Source of the DNA: Bacilli bacterium
GTDB lineage: Bacteria; Bacillota_I; Bacilli_A; ML615J-28; CAG-313
DNA: 64,000 bases
Assembly: GCA_017937305.1 (NCBI GenBank)
Contig: JAGBDV010000020.1
Coordinates: 57,309 to 121,308, forward strand
Reading direction: 5' to 3'
Both the position numbers and the translations under genes were made by a program. The notes beneath the pieces were generated by a model. The model did no database searches. It saw only the letters and a list, made by a program, of their open reading frames with translations, and was not told the origin of the DNA. Shown piece by piece: positions 36,665-46,156 of this stretch; the first letter of the stretch is position 1, and every line of letters begins with the position of its first letter.

Positions 36665-38809
36665 ATGAAAAAAATTATTTGGTTAAGTATCATAGTATTT
36701 AGTTTACTCAGTTTTAGTTGTTCTAAAAAGCAATATGAAGTAAAATTTATAGGATTAAATGGTGAAATAATTGAGTCTTTTAAATTATTCAAAGATGATG
36801 AAGTTAATTATCCAGAGGCTCCTACTATTGAAGGCTATGATTTTATTAAATGGGATAAAGAAATTAAACATATAAGTGAAGATACAGTTATTACTGCTAT
36901 TTATGAAATTAAAACATATAATGTTAATTTCTATGATGAAAATGATGAGTTATTAGAAACTTTAAAAGTTTTATATAATTCTAGTGTTTCTTATAATCAT
37001 TTATTTAATGTTGAAGGTTATAGTTTTATTGGATGGGATAAGGATTTATCACATATTACGTGTGATTTAGATGTTAAACCTTTGTTTAGTAAGAAAACTT
37101 TTTCGGTTAAGTTTTTTGATGAAGCTGATATTTTAATTAAGGAAGAAATAGTTGAGTATGGTTCATCTGCAACACCTCCAAGTGATTTATCTAAAGAAGG
37201 ACACTCGTTTATTGGATGGGATACTGAGTTTACTAATGTACTTGCTAATCTTGTAGTGTATCCAGTGTTTGAACCACAAAAATTTACAGTTAATTTTTAT
37301 GATGAATCAGGAAAACTTTTAAAAGAAGAAATTGTTGATTATGGGACATCTGCAGAAGGAATATCTGCACCAAATAAAAATGGATATAAATTTGTTAGAT
37401 GGGATGAAGACATTAACAATATTACATCTAATTTAGATGTTTATCCAATTTATGAAGAACTAACTTTTACTGTTACTTTTGTTGATCAATATGGAGATGT
37501 TTTAAAAGTAGAAGAAGTTAAGTTTAAACAATCAGCTACTGCACCTGATGCTCCAGTGTTAGATTATTATAATTTTAATAAATGGGATTTAGATTTTAGT
37601 GAGGTTATGAATAATATGACAGTTAAAGCAATCTATACAAAAGAACAACAAACTTATAGTATTTCTAATGTTAATTACTGGTTGCAAATTTTATCATCTA
37701 AATATAATATAAATAAAACAATTTTAACTCCTAGTGAAATTAATAATTATAATGATAAAATTTTAAGTGATTATGCAAAAACTGAAGTTATGGATGTTTT
37801 AAGTATTACTGGTACTAAGACTCAAAGTTATGTTAAAAACTTAATTACTTCTTATGCAAATATTAATAAATATACAATATATAATGATTCTACAAAAGTA
37901 GCTTTAACAACTTCTGAAAAAGATACCATATTATCTAATCGTAATTTAACAAGCGTTCCTTCAACTGTTACTGTTAAATATGGTATAATATCTGATTTTG
38001 CGTGGCTAAGAAGTTATCCGACAAATCATTATTCTAATAATTATAGCATGGATAGATTCCAAGAAACATCTCTTAATGTTGGTGAAGGAGTTGCAATATA
38101 CCATGAAAGTTTAGATAAACAGTGGTATTTTGTACAAGCTGAAAACTATAATGGATGGATTGAAAAGAAGTATGTCGCAGAGTGTAGTTATGATGAATTA
38201 GAAGCGTTCTTAAAACCTCAAAATAGTTTGCTTGTCATTAGTGATTATGTAACATTAGAATCATCGCATGTTCGTATGGGACAAGTATTCCCGTTAGTAT
38301 CTAAAACTTTAGATTCATATACTATGAAGTTCCCTACAAGAAATAGTGATGGTAAACTTGTGTTAAAAGATTTAACTGTTGCAAAATCTAATGATTATCA
38401 TGAAGGGTATTTAGATTATACATATTACAATGTATTTAACCAAGCATTTAAACTACTTGGTATTGATTATAGCTGGGGTGATAAAGATAAACTTGGTCGT
38501 GACTGTTCATCAACAATGAATGCGATTTATAAGTGTTTTGGTTTTATGATGCCAAGAAATACTTCTAATCAAGTTGCTATTCCAACATATGGATCAAAGG
38601 TTAGTGGTTTAACTAATGCAACAGTTAGAAACTATAAACCAGGATCATTAATTTTTACATCTAGTCATGTAATGTTATATTTAGGTGAAAATGAAAGTGG
38701 TATAGCATATTTACTTCACAATACTACATCTGGAAATGGAGAATGTATTTTACAATCTTTAAATGACTACGGTGGAAGTAGAATTAATGGTGTATTAAAA
38801 CTTCAATAA
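36665..38809 (+). CDS. Surface lipoprotein: 7 Flg_new repeats, a middle domain, and C-terminal SH3b + NlpC/P60 peptidoglycan endopeptidase domain.
   Basis: Lipobox LSFSC. Repeats (F/V)xGWD. C-terminus carries GRDCSSTMN (catalytic Cys) and SHVMLYLG (His) of NlpC/P60, preceded by an SH3b-like YGIISDFAWLRSYP. Confidence 0.75.
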   Translation: MKKIIWLSIIVFSLLSFSCSKKQYEVKFIGLNGEIIESFKLFKDDEVNYPEAPTIEGYDFIKWDKEIKHISEDTVITAIYEIKTYNVNFYDENDELLETLKVLYNSSVSYNHLFNVEGYSFIGWDKDLSHITCDLDVKPLFSKKTFSVKFFDEADILIKEEIVEYGSSATPPSDLSKEGHSFIGWDTEFTNVLANLVVYPVFEPQKFTVNFYDESGKLLKEEIVDYGTSAEGISAPNKNGYKFVRWDEDINNITSNLDVYPIYEELTFTVTFVDQYGDVLKVEEVKFKQSATAPDAPVLDYYNFNKWDLDFSEVMNNMTVKAIYTKEQQTYSISNVNYWLQILSSKYNINKTILTPSEINNYNDKILSDYAKTEVMDVLSITGTKTQSYVKNLITSYANINKYTIYNDSTKVALTTSEKDTILSNRNLTSVPSTVTVKYGIISDFAWLRSYPTNHYSNNYSMDRFQETSLNVGEGVAIYHESLDKQWYFVQAENYNGWIEKKYVAECSYDELEAFLKPQNSLLVISDYVTLESSHVRMGQVFPLVSKTLDSYTMKFPTRNSDGKLVLKDLTVAKSNDYHEGYLDYTYYNVFNQAFKLLGIDYSWGDKDKLGRDCSSTMNAIYKCFGFMMPRNTSNQVAIPTYGSKVSGLTNATVRNYKPGSLIFTSSHVMLYLGENESGIAYLLHNTTSGNGECILQSLNDYGGSRINGVLKLQ

Positions 38810-38816
38810 AATATTT

Positions 38817-38848
38817 AAGCATTAAATAGAAATATTTAATGCTTTTTA
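38817..38848 (+). terminator. Rho-independent terminator.
   Basis: aagcattaaata-gaaa-tatttaatgctt followed by tttt. Confidence 0.8.
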
Positions 38849-38910
38849 CTTTACAAAAATAAAATTTTAGTGTATCATTGTATTAGTAAAGTAATACAGT
38901 GGAGGTAGTT

Positions 38911-39270
38911 ATGAATTATAATTTTGATACGGAGCGCCCGATTTATATTCAAATAATGGATGTCATTAAAAATAATATTATTAGAGGTGAATATCTTCCA
39001 GGAAGTAAGTTACCATCGGTTAGAGAACTTTCATCTCTTTTTAAAGTAAATCCTAATACAATTGTTAAGTCATTATATTTTCTTGAAAATGAAGGTTTAA
39101 TTTATACTGACAGAACTAATGGTAAGTTTATTACTAATGATATGAATTTAATTAGTAATAATAAAAAATTATATTTAGAATTAAAATTAAATAATTTCTT
39201 AAATGATTTAAAATCAATGGGATATAATAAAGAAGATGTTATAAAATTATTAATGGAGGTAAATCATTAA
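38911..39270 (+). CDS. GntR-family (YtrA-like) transcriptional regulator.
   Basis: Winged HTH GSKLPSVRELSSLFKVNPNTIVKSL. Followed by an ABC ATPase and permease, the typical YtrA-type operon. Confidence 0.75.
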   Translation: MNYNFDTERPIYIQIMDVIKNNIIRGEYLPGSKLPSVRELSSLFKVNPNTIVKSLYFLENEGLIYTDRTNGKFITNDMNLISNNKKLYLELKLNNFLNDLKSMGYNKEDVIKLLMEVNH

Positions 39271-39980
39271 TGGAAGAATATAAAAATGGTTTAGTAGAAT
39301 TTAAAAATGTTTATAAAGTATTTGATCAAAAAGAAATACTTCATGATATTTCCTTTAAAATAAATAAAGGAAAAATTATAGGATTGCTAGGAAAAAATGG
39401 AATGGGAAAATCTACAATTATTAAATTACTTAATGGTCTTCTTACTCCAACAAGCGGTGAAGTTTTAATAAATAATAATAAACCTGGAATTGAAAGTAAG
39501 AAAATAATTTCTTATTTACCAGAAAGATCTTATTTAGATAAGTCAATGAGTATAAATGAAATATTAACTTTTTTTAGTGAATTCTATAAAGATTTTAATA
39601 TAGCCACTGCAAGAAAACTTTTATATGATTTAAATCTTGATGAAACAACAAATTTAAATAAAATGTCTAAAGGCATGCTTGAAAAATTACAACTTATATT
39701 AGTAATGTCAAGAGAAGCAGACTTATACGTTCTTGATGAACCGTTAGGTGGAGTGGACCCTGCAACAAGAGATTATATTTTAGATACAATATTATCTAAT
39801 TTTAAAGAAGGTTCAAGTATTTTAATTTCAACACATCTTATTTCTGATATTGAAAGAATATTAGATGATGTTATTTTTGTTGATCATGGTAAAATTATTT
39901 TATCTAAAAGTGCTGATGAATTAAGAAGTGAGTATAATATGAGTATTGATGAGATATTTAGGAGGATGTTTAAATGCTAA
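39270..39980 (+). CDS. ABC transporter ATP-binding protein.
   Basis: Walker A GKNGMGKST, signature MSKGMLEK, Walker B LYVLDEP. Confidence 0.8.
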   Translation: MEEYKNGLVEFKNVYKVFDQKEILHDISFKINKGKIIGLLGKNGMGKSTIIKLLNGLLTPTSGEVLINNNKPGIESKKIISYLPERSYLDKSMSINEILTFFSEFYKDFNIATARKLLYDLNLDETTNLNKMSKGMLEKLQLILVMSREADLYVLDEPLGGVDPATRDYILDTILSNFKEGSSILISTHLISDIERILDDVIFVDHGKIILSKSADELRSEYNMSIDEIFRRMFKC

Positions 39981-40768
39981 AGAAGTTATTAAAATATGAT
40001 TTAAAATGGTGTTTAAAGGTAGTTACAATTTATTTAAGTATTTGTCTAGTCTTTTCCATAATTGGAAGATTAATTGATTTATGTCCAGATTCAATCTTTT
40101 TTAAAATATTAGGTGGGGTTTGTAAAGGTGCTGCACTTAGTTTTGGAATTACAGGGCTTGTAAATGCAATAATTAGATCTTGGGTTAGAATGACTAATAA
40201 TATGTATAAAGATGAATCATACCTTACACATACAATACCAGTTTCTATTAATAAAATATATTTATCAAAGATTATTTCTACATTCATGATTTTAATTATT
40301 TGTATCATTACAATAATTATGTCATTAGTTATTATGTATTTAAACGATTCGACTATAGAAATGTTAAAAACATCTTTAAATATTATATCTAATAATTTAA
40401 ATGTATCGATTGCTGGATTTGTTTGTTTTATAACATTACTTCTCATTGCAGAAATGATTTTTATTACATTTTGCGGATATTTTGGAATTATTTTTGGCTA
40501 TAGTTTTAATAATAAGAAAATAATGCTTACATTGTTATTTGGTTTTGGTTCATATATAGTATTTTCAATATTAAGTATTGTTTTAATGATGATTATTGCA
40601 ATATTTAATGAAGATTTAAACAATATTATGTTTAAAGGCTCAGAAGTGGTTAATTATAATTTATTTAAATCACTTATTTTAATAGTAACTATTCTATATA
40701 CATTATATAGTGGAATAGTTTATTACATATCTAATAAAAAATTATCTAAAGGTATTAATATTGATTAA
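39974..40768 (+). CDS. ABC-2-type permease / polytopic membrane protein partner.
   Basis: Six-TM hydrophobic protein overlapping the ATPase gene stop. Confidence 0.6.
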   Translation: MLKKLLKYDLKWCLKVVTIYLSICLVFSIIGRLIDLCPDSIFFKILGGVCKGAALSFGITGLVNAIIRSWVRMTNNMYKDESYLTHTIPVSINKIYLSKIISTFMILIICIITIIMSLVIMYLNDSTIEMLKTSLNIISNNLNVSIAGFVCFITLLLIAEMIFITFCGYFGIIFGYSFNNKKIMLTLLFGFGSYIVFSILSIVLMMIIAIFNEDLNNIMFKGSEVVNYNLFKSLILIVTILYTLYSGIVYYISNKKLSKGINID

Positions 40769-40893
40769 TAAATAGTTAATAAAAATATAGTAAAATATAT
40801 TAAATTTCAACATTACTTTAAAAAAAGTGTTGTTTAAATTATTTAATTAGTATGATAAAATACAATTATAATATTTAAAGAGGGATTTAGTAT

Positions 40894-41364
40894 ATGAAAT
40901 TTTTATATTGTTTTTTGTATCTTTTAATTGTATCTATTGTTATTTTTTTAATAGGTAGAATTATTCCAAGAAATTGGATTAACGAAAACAGCTTTTTGTT
41001 TAAGAGTTTTAAATGGGAAAAAGAAGGAAAAATTTATGAAAAGCTTAAAATAAAAAAATGGAAGACTAAACTTCCTGATGCAAGTATATTATTAAGCAGA
41101 ATTATTCCTAAAATTTATCCAACAAAAAGGATGAAAAATAACGATAAAGAAAAAGCTATGATTTTAGTAAAAGAATCATGTGTTGCAGAGGGAACACATA
41201 AGGCGGTAAGTGTTTTAGGGCTATTTTGTATTTATATTTGGAAATCGATGGGTGGAGTAACTATTGCAGTAGTATTTTATTTATTCAATGTTCCATTTAT
41301 TTTAATTCAGCGATATAATCGTCCAAGACTAAAAAAACTTGCAAATAAATTAAATAATTGTTAA
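40894..41364 (+). CDS. CrtO-like glycosyl-4,4'-diaponeurosporenoate acyltransferase-family membrane protein.
   Basis: FKSFKWEKEGKIYEKLKIKKWKTKL and C-terminal LIQRYNRPRLKKL match the conserved blocks of that family as I recall them. Confidence 0.45.
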   Translation: MKFLYCFLYLLIVSIVIFLIGRIIPRNWINENSFLFKSFKWEKEGKIYEKLKIKKWKTKLPDASILLSRIIPKIYPTKRMKNNDKEKAMILVKESCVAEGTHKAVSVLGLFCIYIWKSMGGVTIAVVFYLFNVPFILIQRYNRPRLKKLANKLNNC

Positions 41365-41452
41365 TAAGTAAAAAATAATATTTTGTGATATAATAAAAAT
41401 GTCACAAAATATTATTTTATTTTGTTTTATATGTGTAAGGAGGATTTATTTA

Positions 41453-42502
41453 ATGAATAAATCTATAAAAGCTTTATTTTTAATAATCATCTTAAATCTA
41501 TTTTTTATTACTGGGTGTGTAAACTCAAATAAAGATTATAATTTAGTTAAAATATTTGATAAGGTTGAACCAAATAATTTACTTGTTGATGAGTTTAAAG
41601 ACGATTTTATTAATAGTAATTTCTATAATGAATCATATAAAAATATGGAAGTTGAATGTGTTGTAAGTGAAGAATTATATTCTTTAACTGATATTGGACT
41701 ATTTAATGTAATAACTGATAGTTATAGTTTATTTATTTGGCATAATGGAGAAATTTATAATTTTAATTCATTTCCATATCATACAAATAATAGAGTAATT
41801 GAATTTAGTAATTTTGCAGTAGGTGATTTAAATAATGATAATTATGATGAATTTTATTTTGCATATTATTATGGGACACCAGAAGATGCGGAAGATAAAA
41901 TTTCATTTTCTTATGTATATTGTTATGATTTAAAGTCTAATAAATTTATTGAATCAACTACTAATTATGATAGTTATTTATTCTTTAAAGCAAATGCTAA
42001 GTCTTTATATGTGATAGAGTCAAGTACAAAAGAATTAACAGAAGATTATAAGTTATTTTTTGAAATTGCTCCAAACTTTAAGAAATTTGAAATATTAAAA
42101 AATGAGTTTAGTGTTAAAACAACACTATATTCTGCCAATGTATATATAGAAAATGATTATGTTGATTTTCCGGTATTCTTTGATAATTTTTGTGGTTTAT
42201 ATTTTAATGTAAGAGTTGAAATGACTTATTTAGGTGAAACTTTCTCATATGTTAATGGGGATACTTATCTTGCAGGAGCAACAGCTTCTTTTAGTAATGG
42301 TGATTTTACAATTGAACAAGAGCCAATTGCAGCGGGTGGTGCAATAACTGAATTTACTATATTTACTAATCAAGTGATTGACCGCACTTATTACTTTTAC
42401 GATAGCATATCTAATGAAATTAAACTTGGCTCTTATGATGTTACTATTAGTTATAAAGGAGTAAGCACTAAAGTAGAAGATGTTATTAGATTCTATTATT
42501 AA
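41453..42502 (+). CDS. Lipoprotein, unknown function.
   Basis: AAGGAGG RBS, then MNKSIKALFLIIILNLFFITGC lipobox. The tracked 41399 start lacks an RBS. Confidence 0.6.
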   Translation: MNKSIKALFLIIILNLFFITGCVNSNKDYNLVKIFDKVEPNNLLVDEFKDDFINSNFYNESYKNMEVECVVSEELYSLTDIGLFNVITDSYSLFIWHNGEIYNFNSFPYHTNNRVIEFSNFAVGDLNNDNYDEFYFAYYYGTPEDAEDKISFSYVYCYDLKSNKFIESTTNYDSYLFFKANAKSLYVIESSTKELTEDYKLFFEIAPNFKKFEILKNEFSVKTTLYSANVYIENDYVDFPVFFDNFCGLYFNVRVEMTYLGETFSYVNGDTYLAGATASFSNGDFTIEQEPIAAGGAITEFTIFTNQVIDRTYYFYDSISNEIKLGSYDVTISYKGVSTKVEDVIRFYY

Positions 42503-42504
42503 AA

Positions 42505-42538
42505 AACAGAGGAAATTATTTCCTCTGTTTATTTTTTA
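42505..42538 (+). terminator. Rho-independent terminator.
   Basis: aacagaggaaa-ttat-ttcctctgtt followed by tattttttatt. Confidence 0.8.
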
Positions 42539-42713
42539 TTTATTTTTTAAGTTTGTCACTTTGTTTAAGATTGCAATACCAATAATAATTAAGATTGCAC
42601 CAACAGCGAACATTACTAGTTGTTGTTATGTAATACTTGTAATACTTTGTTTCATTTATTTGAGAAATGGATGTTAATATGATATAATTTAAAAGATTAA
42701 AAAAGGTGTATTT

Positions 42714-44042
42714 ATGAAAAAAGAAACAAAAACACAAATTAAAAATGTTATTAATTTAAGTATCCCTGCTATTCTTACACAAATAGCAACAATTATAATG
42801 CAGTATATTGACTCTGCAATGGTTGGGCGTCTTGGAGAAAATGCATCTGCTGCAATCGGGCTTGTATCTACTTCAACATGGTTATTTGGGGGGATTTTAA
42901 GTGCTTTAGCAGTTGGGTTTAGTGTGCAAATTGCGCATTATTTTGGTGCTAAAGAATTTAAAGAAGGGCGTATTGTTTTAAGACATGGATTAATTTTTTC
43001 CATATGTTTTTCATTAATTTTACTACTTATTGGTGCTTCTATTGCAAAACCACTTCCTTTTTTACTTAGAGCGGATGAATCAATATGGAATGACTCAACA
43101 TTATATTTTTTAGTTTTTGTACTTAGTCTTCCATTTATGATGTTAAATAATTTATGCGCATCAAGTCTTCAGTGTAGTGGAAATATGATAGTACCAAGTA
43201 TATTAAATGCAGTGATGTGTTTTTTAGATGTAGTATTTAATATGATTTTTATCCCACTATATGGAGTATTAGGAGCATCTATTGGTACTGCTTTATCTGT
43301 AGTGGTAACATCAATTTTAATGTTTGTAATTTGTTGTTTTATTGATAAAAAACTAAAAATTACGATTAAAGATAATTCTAAATTCAATAAACGTATAATC
43401 AATAAAGCAATTAAAATTTGTATACCTATTGCGTTAGAACAAATTGCAAGAAGTGGAGCAATGATTGTATCTACTGGAATTATAGCACCCCTTGGTAATA
43501 CTGCTATTGCAGCAAATAGTTTTGCTGTTACAGTTGAAAGTGTATGCTATATGCCTGGATTTGGAGTACAGTCTGCTGCAACAACGCTTGTTGGACAAGA
43601 AATGGGTAAGGCAGATTATAAGAAAGCTAAAAGTTATGGAAATATTTCTATTTGGCTTGGATCTTTAATCATGACGTTTATGGCTGTTTTATTATTTGTT
43701 ATTTGTCCATATATCTTTAAAATTTTAACACCTGTAAAAGAAGTACAATCACTTGCTACACTAGTTCTTAGAATCGGTTGCTTTGCAGAACCATTATATG
43801 GTGTATCGATAGTTGCATCAGGTGCACTGCGTGGTGCTGAAGATACATTTATTCCTAGCATTTTAAATTTAATTTCAATTTGGGTGGTAAGAATAACTTT
43901 ATCAGTAATTTTAGTAATACCTTTTGGTTTAGTTGGCGTATGGATTGCAAATACGATTGAACTATGTGTAAGAGGGATTTTATTACTAATTAGACAAATT
44001 ACTACTAAATATTATAATCGTAAAGTTTTATTAATTAAATAA
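42714..44042 (+). CDS. MATE family efflux transporter.
   Basis: 12-TM protein with N-terminus ILTQIATIIMQYIDSAMVGRLG, typical of MATE. Confidence 0.75.
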   Translation: MKKETKTQIKNVINLSIPAILTQIATIIMQYIDSAMVGRLGENASAAIGLVSTSTWLFGGILSALAVGFSVQIAHYFGAKEFKEGRIVLRHGLIFSICFSLILLLIGASIAKPLPFLLRADESIWNDSTLYFLVFVLSLPFMMLNNLCASSLQCSGNMIVPSILNAVMCFLDVVFNMIFIPLYGVLGASIGTALSVVVTSILMFVICCFIDKKLKITIKDNSKFNKRIINKAIKICIPIALEQIARSGAMIVSTGIIAPLGNTAIAANSFAVTVESVCYMPGFGVQSAATTLVGQEMGKADYKKAKSYGNISIWLGSLIMTFMAVLLFVICPYIFKILTPVKEVQSLATLVLRIGCFAEPLYGVSIVASGALRGAEDTFIPSILNLISIWVVRITLSVILVIPFGLVGVWIANTIELCVRGILLLIRQITTKYYNRKVLLIK

Positions 44043-44131
44043 TATATTAATTTAATTTGTTGTTAGTAAATATATAGTAATATTTATTTGTTTATGATAT
44101 AATAAAGTAAATATTTGGAGGGAATTTTATT

Positions 44132-44428
44132 ATGGATTTAGCATTATTTGCAGAAATTTTAGAAACAATTATGATTGTTAGTTTTGGTGTTTCTTGGCCA
44201 ATTTCTATTGCAAAGTCATTAAAATCTAAGACATCAGCTGGTAAAAGCCCATTATTTATTAGCATGATTATTTTTGGATATATTTGTGGTATTATTAGTA
44301 AAATTATTGCTGGTAATTATAATTTAGCTTTTTATTTCTATTGGATTAACCTTGCTACTACATCTTTTGATTTAGCTTTAAATTTATATTATAGAAATAA
44401 AGAAAAGAAAGCCTTAGAAGCTAAATAA
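44132..44428 (+). CDS. Small 3-TM membrane protein, possibly PQ-loop/SemiSWEET- or LAB_N-like.
   Basis: 98 aa with three TM helices. SWPISIAKSLKSKTSAG resembles the PQ-loop position but lacks the PQ dipeptide. Confidence 0.35.
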   Translation: MDLALFAEILETIMIVSFGVSWPISIAKSLKSKTSAGKSPLFISMIIFGYICGIISKIIAGNYNLAFYFYWINLATTSFDLALNLYYRNKEKKALEAK

Positions 44429-44431
44429 TTT

Positions 44432-44458
44432 GTCGCTAATATATTAGCGACTTTTTTT
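44432..44458 (+). terminator. Rho-independent terminator.
   Basis: gtcgctaatatattagcgac followed by ttttttt. Confidence 0.8.
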
Positions 44459-44469
44459 AAAAAGATATT

Positions 44470-44979
44470 ATGAGAAAATTATTTACTATTGATTTAAAAG
44501 ATTATAGTGATACTGATGTTGTTTATAAAAGACCTTCATCTAGAGCTATAATTATTAAAGATGGAAAGATTGCATTAGTTTATAGTAATAAGTATAATTA
44601 TTATAAGTTTCCTGGTGGAGGAATTAATGAATTTGAAGATAAAATTGATGCATTAATTAGAGAAGTAAAAGAAGAAGTTGGACTTATTGTAATAAAAAAT
44701 TCTATCAAAGAATATGGTGAAGTTAAAAGAATTCAAAAATCTAATTTTAATCAAATATTTTATCAAGAAAACTATTATTATTTATGTGATGTAGAAGATA
44801 ATTTAATGAATCAAAACCTTGATGAATATGAACAAGATGAAGAATTTATATTAAAATTTGTAGAGCCTCAAACTGCAATTACTACAAACTTTAATCATCA
44901 AGATGATATTTTTAGAAAGACTATGATTGATAGAGATGCAAAAGTTTTAGAATTATTAGTTAAAGAAGGAATTATTTAA
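44470..44979 (+). CDS. NUDIX hydrolase.
   Basis: Nudix box GGGINEFEDKIDALIREVKEEVG. Confidence 0.8.
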   Translation: MRKLFTIDLKDYSDTDVVYKRPSSRAIIIKDGKIALVYSNKYNYYKFPGGGINEFEDKIDALIREVKEEVGLIVIKNSIKEYGEVKRIQKSNFNQIFYQENYYYLCDVEDNLMNQNLDEYEQDEEFILKFVEPQTAITTNFNHQDDIFRKTMIDRDAKVLELLVKEGII

Positions 44980-44980
44980 T

Positions 44981-45457
44981 ATGAAGCTACAACTTGCAGA
45001 AATTAATGATTTAAAATATGTGAATGATTTATATAATAGTGTTAAAAATACTCCATATTGTGTATGGGATGAATATTATCCAACTTTAATAGATATAGAA
45101 TGTGATTTTACTGCTAAAACTCTTTATTTAATTAAAGAAGATAAATTAATATTGGGTGCTGTTTCTATTAACCCTGAAAATGAAATGGATGATTTAAATT
45201 GTTTCACTAAAGTTCTAAAACCTTGTGAAATAGCTAGAGTAGTTGTTAATCCGTTATATCAAAATAAAAAAATAGGTCAGTTTATGATTAATGAATTAAT
45301 TAACGAAGTAAAAAAAATAGGATATAATTCAATTAGATTAGCGGTAGAAATTAATCATATTCCGGCTATAAAACTATATGAAAAATGTGGTTTTAAAAAA
45401 GTAGGTACCAATTTTATGTATGAACATCATTATTATCTATATGAATTTGTATTTTAG
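44981..45457 (+). CDS. GNAT family N-acetyltransferase.
   Basis: RVVVNPLYQNKKIGQFM (motif A) and KCGFKK. Confidence 0.7.
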   Translation: MKLQLAEINDLKYVNDLYNSVKNTPYCVWDEYYPTLIDIECDFTAKTLYLIKEDKLILGAVSINPENEMDDLNCFTKVLKPCEIARVVVNPLYQNKKIGQFMINELINEVKKIGYNSIRLAVEINHIPAIKLYEKCGFKKVGTNFMYEHHYYLYEFVF

Positions 45458-45465
45458 GAGTGTTT

Positions 45466-45957
45466 ATGAATAAAGATTATTGTATTTTAGCTGGTGGGTG
45501 TTTTTGGTGTATAGCATATCCTTTTTATGAATTAAAAGGAGTAATAAAAGTTATTTCTGGGTATAGTGGAGGAGTTACTAATAATCCAACATACGAAGAG
45601 GTAAAATCTCAAACAACAGGTCACTATGAAGTAATTAAAATAGAGTATGACTCATCTTTAATCACTTATGAAGAAATTCTAAAAGTGTATTTAGAAAATA
45701 TTGATCCTTTTGATGATGGGGGGCAATTTATTGATCGTGGACCTAGTTATACGCTTGCTGTATTTTATCGAGATTCTAATATGAAAGAAATAGCTAAAAA
45801 AGTAATTAATAATACTTTCAATAAGCCTACTGCAATAAAACTGATCCTCGAAAAAGAGTTTTATATTGCTGAAGAGTATCATCAAGAATATGCATTAAAA
45901 AATCCAAAAGAGATAGAAGAAGAATTTAAAATTTCTTTGAGAAATTATAAAAAATAG
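45466..45957 (+). CDS. msrA: Peptide-methionine (S)-S-oxide reductase.
   Basis: Active-site GGCFWC at the N-terminus, then the conserved EV and YHQ blocks. ATG 45466 with an AGGAG RBS. Confidence 0.85.
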   Translation: MNKDYCILAGGCFWCIAYPFYELKGVIKVISGYSGGVTNNPTYEEVKSQTTGHYEVIKIEYDSSLITYEEILKVYLENIDPFDDGGQFIDRGPSYTLAVFYRDSNMKEIAKKVINNTFNKPTAIKLILEKEFYIAEEYHQEYALKNPKEIEEEFKISLRNYKK

Positions 45958-46043
45958 TATTTCGATTATTTCCTATAATAAGAAAATATGTTATTATTTA
46001 ATAAAAAAATATGTGGTTATTTGTTGATTTTTAATTTAAGTTT

Positions 46044-46052
46044 TGATATAAT
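46044..46052 (+). promoter_or_regulatory. Extended -10 (TGATATAAT) of the pyr operon promoter.
   Basis: ttttgatataat lies ~105 bp upstream of the pyrB ATG. Confidence 0.45.
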
Positions 46053-46100
46053 GTTATGGAAAAAAATAAGACTTATCTAAAAAGGTCAATAATATATTTA

Positions 46101-46131
46101 GTTTTTTTAATGGCCTTTATAGGCCTTTTTT
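46101..46131 (+). terminator. Leader terminator/attenuator-like hairpin in the pyrB 5' leader.
   Basis: U-tract (gttttttt), then ggcct-ttat-aggcc, then ttttttt, ending 25 nt before the pyrB RBS. Confidence 0.45.
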
Positions 46132-46156
46132 TCTAAAAAAATATAAGGAGAATACT

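Noticed and set aside
42480-42737. ORFs 42480..42677(+) and 42540..42737(-).
   Set aside because: They span a rho-independent terminator and the promoter region of the MATE gene, and their translations are low complexity.
45958-46156. PyrR-binding anti-antiterminator upstream of pyrB.
   Set aside because: I searched for an ARUCCNGNGAGGYU-type loop and found none. Only a terminator-like hairpin with U-tracts is present (reported as a finding instead).
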